From Basidiobolus meristosporus CBS 931.73 (Eukaryota > Fungi > Basidiobolomycota), in contig MCFE01000201.1 of assembly GCA_002104905.1 (NCBI GenBank), positions 1 through 64,000 of the forward strand: a stretch of DNA of 64,000 bases. The letters run 5' to 3'. The notes below the pieces were generated by a model. That model ran no database searches and was not told where the DNA came from. It worked only from the letters and a program-made list of their open reading frames with translations. Made by a program: the position numbers and the translations under genes. Position 1 is the stretch's first letter, and each line of letters begins with the position of its first letter. Below, piece by piece: positions 58,705 to 64,000 of this stretch.

Positions 58705-61559
58705 TCAAGCGATCTTGGAAAGCGTGAGCTGGCAAAATTCGATCAACAACGGCCGCTTGGGCTGGGTTTGGCGTATTCTAGCCTTTGTAAAGGATGATTC
58801 GATAGTGGCGATTACATGTTCTCGCTTGAGATGCTCCAGCCTTGAAGGACTCAATACCTTATCACGATACTGGTCGTTGATCTCATGATTGCTAGGCGGT
58901 TCGCTTTCAACCATGGTCATCCGATGCAGATTCAGTATGCTTTTTTGTTGCATAATCTGTAGCAGTTTCTCATCTGTTGAAGAGGGAAGCGTAAGGGGTC
59001 TATAAATCTTAGGGGAGGGGGTTTTGAGCGGACTGCTTACCGAACACGAACTCGAAGAACGGAAAGAACGAAAATCCCCCATTCTCCGCGATAACATCGA
59101 ATGTCTGTTGAATGTACATGACCGCGTGGGAAAAGGCAAACTGACTCAGAATGAGCCTGCAAACGATAAGGTCATCATCAAATCTGTGGCATCTGATCTC
59201 TCTCTATTATACAGGAGGGATACTTAGTGTTTGAGGTGATCTGGTTGGAATGAGTCTAGAACATACCAGGATGGCATGCATTGTGTGGTGGATGCACTGG
59301 ATGACCAGTGTCTCGGGTGTGGCCGAAGCGATTCTATATTTCCCTTCTCGATCAATAGGCAATGTTTCTGGTTGGATCTCTGTGTAAGGTAGTGCGCAAA
59401 TGATCCCCAGGAATCTTTTGATCGCCGCCTAAACGGGATATCAGTATCAACCAGCTGTTGATCATAGGTACGTTCCATCACTTACTCGGTATTGGCCATC
59501 TAGAAGAAATGCGATTGCCATGACATAAATGACCCTAAAGGGGAACAATATCGACCAGCGGCTACTTAATAACGTCACGTCCAAAGAGTGAAGGGGTGCC
59601 TCATCAGTGGCATCAAAAGTGCGAGCTTGTTGCTGAACTTCCCAGGCATGTTTAAGGCGCACACTAAGTGATTGACAAATGGGTATTGCTTCGGCAGGGT
59701 GACCCTAGAGATACAAATGCGTACGCTCGAAACTGCACTTGAAAAGAGGGTTGATGTGAGATGACAGTTACCTCCATTATATTCAAGTCAGCTGTCAAAG
59801 TGTCAACAGCATTCTGCAAATCAAAAGGTAGCTTCCATCCTTGATATAGATCACTAAGCTCTGTAATCATAAGAAAGTGTTAGCAGTGGCGTAGAACGGC
59901 AGATGGTAGGTCGACTTACCGATGCCATACGAACATGCATCCATATGTCTCCTCAATTCTCCAGCCTTTCGTAAAAGCAGCAGCAGCTCAGTAGAGGAGG
60001 CAGCTACGAGTACAGTTTAAGAACAGACACTCTAGTTAATAAAGCCCGCATAAGGCTACCTTGGGATGATGTATCGCCTTGCGATTTGGAATGATACTTC
60101 CGCTTCTTCACTTGCCCATCCACTCCATCACGAATCAATCCAATAGGAATCATAACTGTATCAGCCGAAGCATATTCTAGATCAGTCAAAATTCTCTACA
60201 CAAACAGGTAAGAAATATTACTGTTAACAGGACTGTGTTGGGCGACGGCGGAGTAGTATTCGAATGCCAATTGCACGAAGTATCCGGCCAACAATCGGCA
60301 CTCAAACCCCTTGGGGAGAGTCCCGGGGTTACTCCAAAGGTTATGAAGGAGCTTGCCGGAAATCGACATATGATCCGTATCTGATTCATTCTTGCCCAGA
60401 ACGCTTTAGAAAGTCAATGAAAATCAGGTTACTGAGGATCCACCAGCAAAAAGTAACTGGTCCACATACTCGAATTCTTCCAGGAAGCCACATTGCCTCA
60501 TCATCCGCACGGTAAACCTGTGCATTTTTTCCCACTGATTTCGTGAGAAATAGTAACTTTGAACCGCATCGAACCATATGGTCATCTCTCTTTCAGATAA
60601 CGATAGGAATGTGGGTAGAGTCTCATTTGAGTTTGTGATCCGGACTTGCTGCGTGAATATTTGTGGTAATATCGATTGAACTGGTTCGAAATACATGTCA
60701 AAACGTTGGCCGTAGACGCACTACATATAAATCGAACCAACCAAGAATGCTTCGATATGTGTTCAGGTGAGGCAACGGTTGATTGATTTCTTCGCATTTC
60801 AGGGCCAGTCTAGCAGCGAAAGCCTGTAGTTATTGAGAAAGAGCAACTTGGTGATGCGAGAGAATAAATCACCTACTCCATATGACGGTATCATATCAGG
60901 AAATTGGATAACGATGTTTGAGTATATCTTACACGCATCGAAGATCTGGCCTCTTTTTTCGTACACCGCTGCAAGAGTACTCTATTGTTAACAAGAGTCT
61001 ACAGAAATCTTGAAAGTATGCTGGGTGAGCCATACCTGCTGCACTTATCAACAATTCCTTTTGCATGATTCGAGGGAGGTTGGAGTAGAATGCTAGCAAG
61101 GTTCCGAATGAATACAAGAGAAAGTTGGTGCGGTAATAGCCTATTTCGTGCTAACCGTAATATTCGTTCTGACATTGATAGAATACTGCTTGCGAAAAAG
61201 ACAACAGGAAATCTTTATACAGTTCCTCTTGATAGTAATTCTCTTGGCTGCAAGAAGAGTTGGGTGAGTTCAAGCTCAAATGTATATACACCCGCCTCCC
61301 TTACATGTAGCGAAAGATGTTCACCGCCCTTTCTATTCTACCTTCGCGAAAGGCAATCTTATGCTCGAGAAGCTATTGTGGAGCAGAATTCAGAGAGGGG
61401 CCATACGCTATCACCGTACAGTAAACTTACCAACAGTTGGAGATTCTTGGAGTAGCGCAGGTAGGCCTTCTCAAGTTCCATATTGGCCAGGATGGTCACT
61501 CCGTCAGCCAAGTGCTTCTCGATTCTTTGAATCCTATCGGGTAACGAGTTCGAATCCAT
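58705..61559 (-). CDS. INTS10: Integrator complex subunit 10 homologue; multi-exon
   Basis: Hand-spliced blocks FYSNLPRIMQKELL...QFPDMIPSYG...LNTYRSILVQSILP; ADLNIMEGHPAEAI; YVMAIAFLLDGQYR; DDLIVCRLILSQ...NGGFSFFPFFEFVFDEKLL; LIEFC*. These match, in order, the metazoan INTS10 blocks as I recall them (F..LP..Q.E.L, FP....G, N.FR..V..LP, DM.IYQG, ALGEYR, DD..G..IVLLQ, G.F.Y..FF.YV, FC). No search was run. Confidence 0.8.
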
Positions 61560-62746
61560 TTCACATTCAAATGCTCTGGAGTAAAACTACTATGAATCGT
61601 TGTCTGGTCGTTTCAAACGGAGCCGGTATGGTTTACAGGAAATAAGAGTTGCTCACTAAAGAGATGTGAACCACACGACCCCCTATAACCCCATGCGATT
61701 GCATAAATACTATTCTATCACACAAGATGGTTTCATTGCTTTATTTCTATTCCAAATTCCCAACCAGGTGACATCACTTTATGTGCTCTGGGAGAAACAG
61801 AGTGGACTGAAAGACTAATGCGAAATCTCCGAAACTGGTTAGTAAATCTTGACAAATGGCCTGATACCGCCAACCAATTAACCTTAATCCGTCCGGAGTC
61901 ATTTTTTTTGTTGCTACAGGTTTTATGTAGAACAATGACTCAGTGAATTCCCACATGTCTGCTTACATGATTATTAAGCACCAAGAGCGATAACGAGGCA
62001 AGCATGTTGCATGTTACCCATATGAGTTGTTGTCATCTGAGTGGAGTCGGAGAATTGCGTTCCTGGTATGGAAAGTGCTTGAATGCCTTATGTAGGTTTC
62101 GAATAGTCCAGGGGCTCTGCATACCATTGTTTGAGAGTATTACGTAAAACATGGAGATTGGAACGCACGCTCGGGAATCTGTGAGTCATCGAGAATATAC
62201 AGGCTCTGTGGTGGAAGCTGGGGCTGAGAGACCACCAGATAGGCAGCCAAAGACTCAAACACAATGTAGATGCTGAACATCGTTTAGCTGGAACATGGGG
62301 TCGAGGGTACAATTGGCCCATTTGTAAACCTTGTGTGTCGTTCAATAGTGGATGCAGCCTGAGGTCTCATTTAAAGGCCACGTTGCGTGACCATCCGCAT
62401 TTCTGGATTAGGCCTTAATGGGTGATACATTTGATTTCACCAGAAGGGCGTTCCTAGGACTCCAGTTAAGCGAGGGGGAACCCGTTGATGTGTTCTGCAT
62501 AGGAGCTTCTAGGCTGCGATGCATATAGCGTGCTAGATAGCAAATTCTCGATCTCAGACTACGGGATTTCGCTTACAAACTTTGCACTGAGCTTTAATAT
62601 CTATTTCGAAGCAAGGATTATGGAAGAGGGAAACCAAAGCGAGGGTGCTGAAGAAATCCCACAAAAAAACAAGCATACTGAAAGAGGAATCGGTGGAGCG
62701 AATGCAGAAAACCTCGGCATCTTCTACTTGGATCGGAGATATACCG

Positions 62747-64000
62747 CTACTCAGCAGCTGTTCCATGGACGCGAAAACGATATAGGCACGTGTAGGCCTC
62801 TTGCCCATAATTGCTTAGGACACGAAGCTGTACTATACGTATTGGTCTTGAGACATTTACTTGTACCTGGGTAGGGAACGTCTGGATATGATGCATCCCA
62901 TCGATATCGTACTCGTATGAAGCCAAGTACTGTTGTTCATATAGTTTGTTCTTGTAGCTTAGGAGCTCTAGCCTATTCTCGTCAGGTACCGAACCTGTCT
63001 GTTCATATAAAGCATATACTTCGATCCTCTTTGGTGCACTTTTAACATCAATCGCTATACTGCGAGGGACATGCTCAATTGAAAAATTGCTAGGGATGAT
63101 GTCTCGCGAAAGGGAGATCGTAAGATTCCCCTGATCTCCGGGAAATGGCCAGCATTGCCCCAGATGAATATCCGGGTTGAGTGCAGTCGTTGGTGGATTG
63201 CCCAGACCAAGCGCATCCAAGCCCACTAGTTTAGTAACCAAACGCGCAAAAATCGACTTCGAAGGTACATTATATGAAGTTGAAGTGAGGGAGTGGATCA
63301 CACGGCCGCCTCCGGAATACAAAGCGTAGTCAGGAAGCCCAAGTATATCGGCGGAGTGTTTAGCTAGTGCCTTCTCCATGAGGCGGTTTACCAAGGAGAC
63401 AATCTCGGTGTTTTCGATCAATCCACTGGAAGAAATCGCTTTCAGTGATGCACTTAGCTCGTGATGGATATTGGAGGTGATCTGCTTTTTAAGATCATCA
63501 AGCTTTCCCTGCAGCACAAAGAGTAATTTTTCTTTACTTATAATTGCTCCAGTGTTGCTCATTGACTTGATTGATGTTTCGAGGGTGTCCTGAATGATAG
63601 AGTACAGCACTTGTTTGTTGTCTTTCACAATATAGTTTGCGCCCGTTTCTTGAACTATAGCTTGGAGTTTCTCTGGTGTAATGAAAAGGGTGTTTAAATG
63701 GTCAAGGAGCTCGGGGGAAACATCGAAACCACCTGTTCTACTATTTCTCTGAATGACAAGGTATCTTGGCAAAGCTTGCTCGACGCTATCGGCAATTCGG
63801 CGGGAGTAGTAATCATATTGCGAAATCTCTGCCACTCGTGCTTTCACCTGCTCAAGATCAGAATTCACGTTCTCCACCCTCGGACCAAATAAATCAATCC
63901 TCTTCTCAGCATGGGCCACTTGGCTCTTCAAAGACTCCACGTACGCGGTGAATCCTTTCAATTGATTACCATGCTTAAAGGCATCCTCAGATATTGATTC
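62747..64000 (-). CDS. SUN-domain (Sad1/UNC-84) nuclear-envelope protein; 5'-truncated by the window edge
   Basis: Coiled-coil region, then PDYALYSGGGRVI..LTS.SY, GQCWPF.G..G.L, FSIEH....SAPK.IEV, SNYG..YTCLYRFRVHG. The frame stays open to position 64000. Confidence 0.93.
   Translation of the reverse strand, partial: ESISEDAFKHGNQLKGFTAYVESLKSQVAHAEKRIDLFGPRVENVNSDLEQVKARVAEISQYDYYSRRIADSVEQALPRYLVIQRNSRTGGFDVSPELLDHLNTLFITPEKLQAIVQETGANYIVKDNKQVLYSIIQDTLETSIKSMSNTGAIISKEKLLFVLQGKLDDLKKQITSNIHHELSASLKAISSSGLIENTEIVSLVNRLMEKALAKHSADILGLPDYALYSGGGRVIHSLTSTSYNVPSKSIFARLVTKLVGLDALGLGNPPTTALNPDIHLGQCWPFPGDQGNLTISLSRDIIPSNFSIEHVPRSIAIDVKSAPKRIEVYALYEQTGSVPDENRLELLSYKNKLYEQQYLASYEYDIDGMHHIQTFPTQVQVNVSRPIRIVQLRVLSNYGQEAYTCLYRFRVHGTAAE

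Noticed and set aside
1-64000. tRNA, rRNA, snRNA or CRISPR features
   Set aside because: No cloverleaf with a T-loop in non-coding context (GTTCGAA hits at ~60684 and ~61548 fall inside the INTS10 gene), no rRNA-like sequence and no repeat-spacer array were seen by eye.

Overview
Eukaryotic, intron-rich fungal DNA. Introns are mostly ~55-75 nt GT-AG with CTAAC/CTGAC-type branch points. The gene content (CBM19 protein, SHO1, HST3/4, an Integrator subunit) suggests an early-diverging fungus, possibly Basidiobolus-like; this is an inference and was not verified. I could hand-splice or recognise about 17 apparently intact genes: LEA_2-type membrane protein, VPS18, bHLH TF, TauD dioxygenase, PIF1, a small PP1-docking protein, a CBM19 mucin-like protein, a 4-TM protein, HST3/4 sirtuin, SHO1, RNF5/185, an O-methyltransferase, a CBM21 PP1 subunit, AARSD1, a Gfo/Idh/MocA oxidoreductase, a Kelch-BTB protein, INTS10 and a partial SUN protein. 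Two identifiable pseudogenes are present (VMA7, alternative oxidase), along with several unidentified decayed gene remnants and a ~300-bp repeat in one inverted plus two tandem copies. Highlights: an RNase H1 hybrid-binding domain fused to a Pif1 helicase that also carries a 4-Cys insertion; a fungal INTS10; and the pattern of decayed housekeeping-gene copies. No rRNA, tRNA or CRISPR was found. Family assignments come from motif recognition by eye, not database searches. Exon boundaries were placed by hand and may be off by a few nt.
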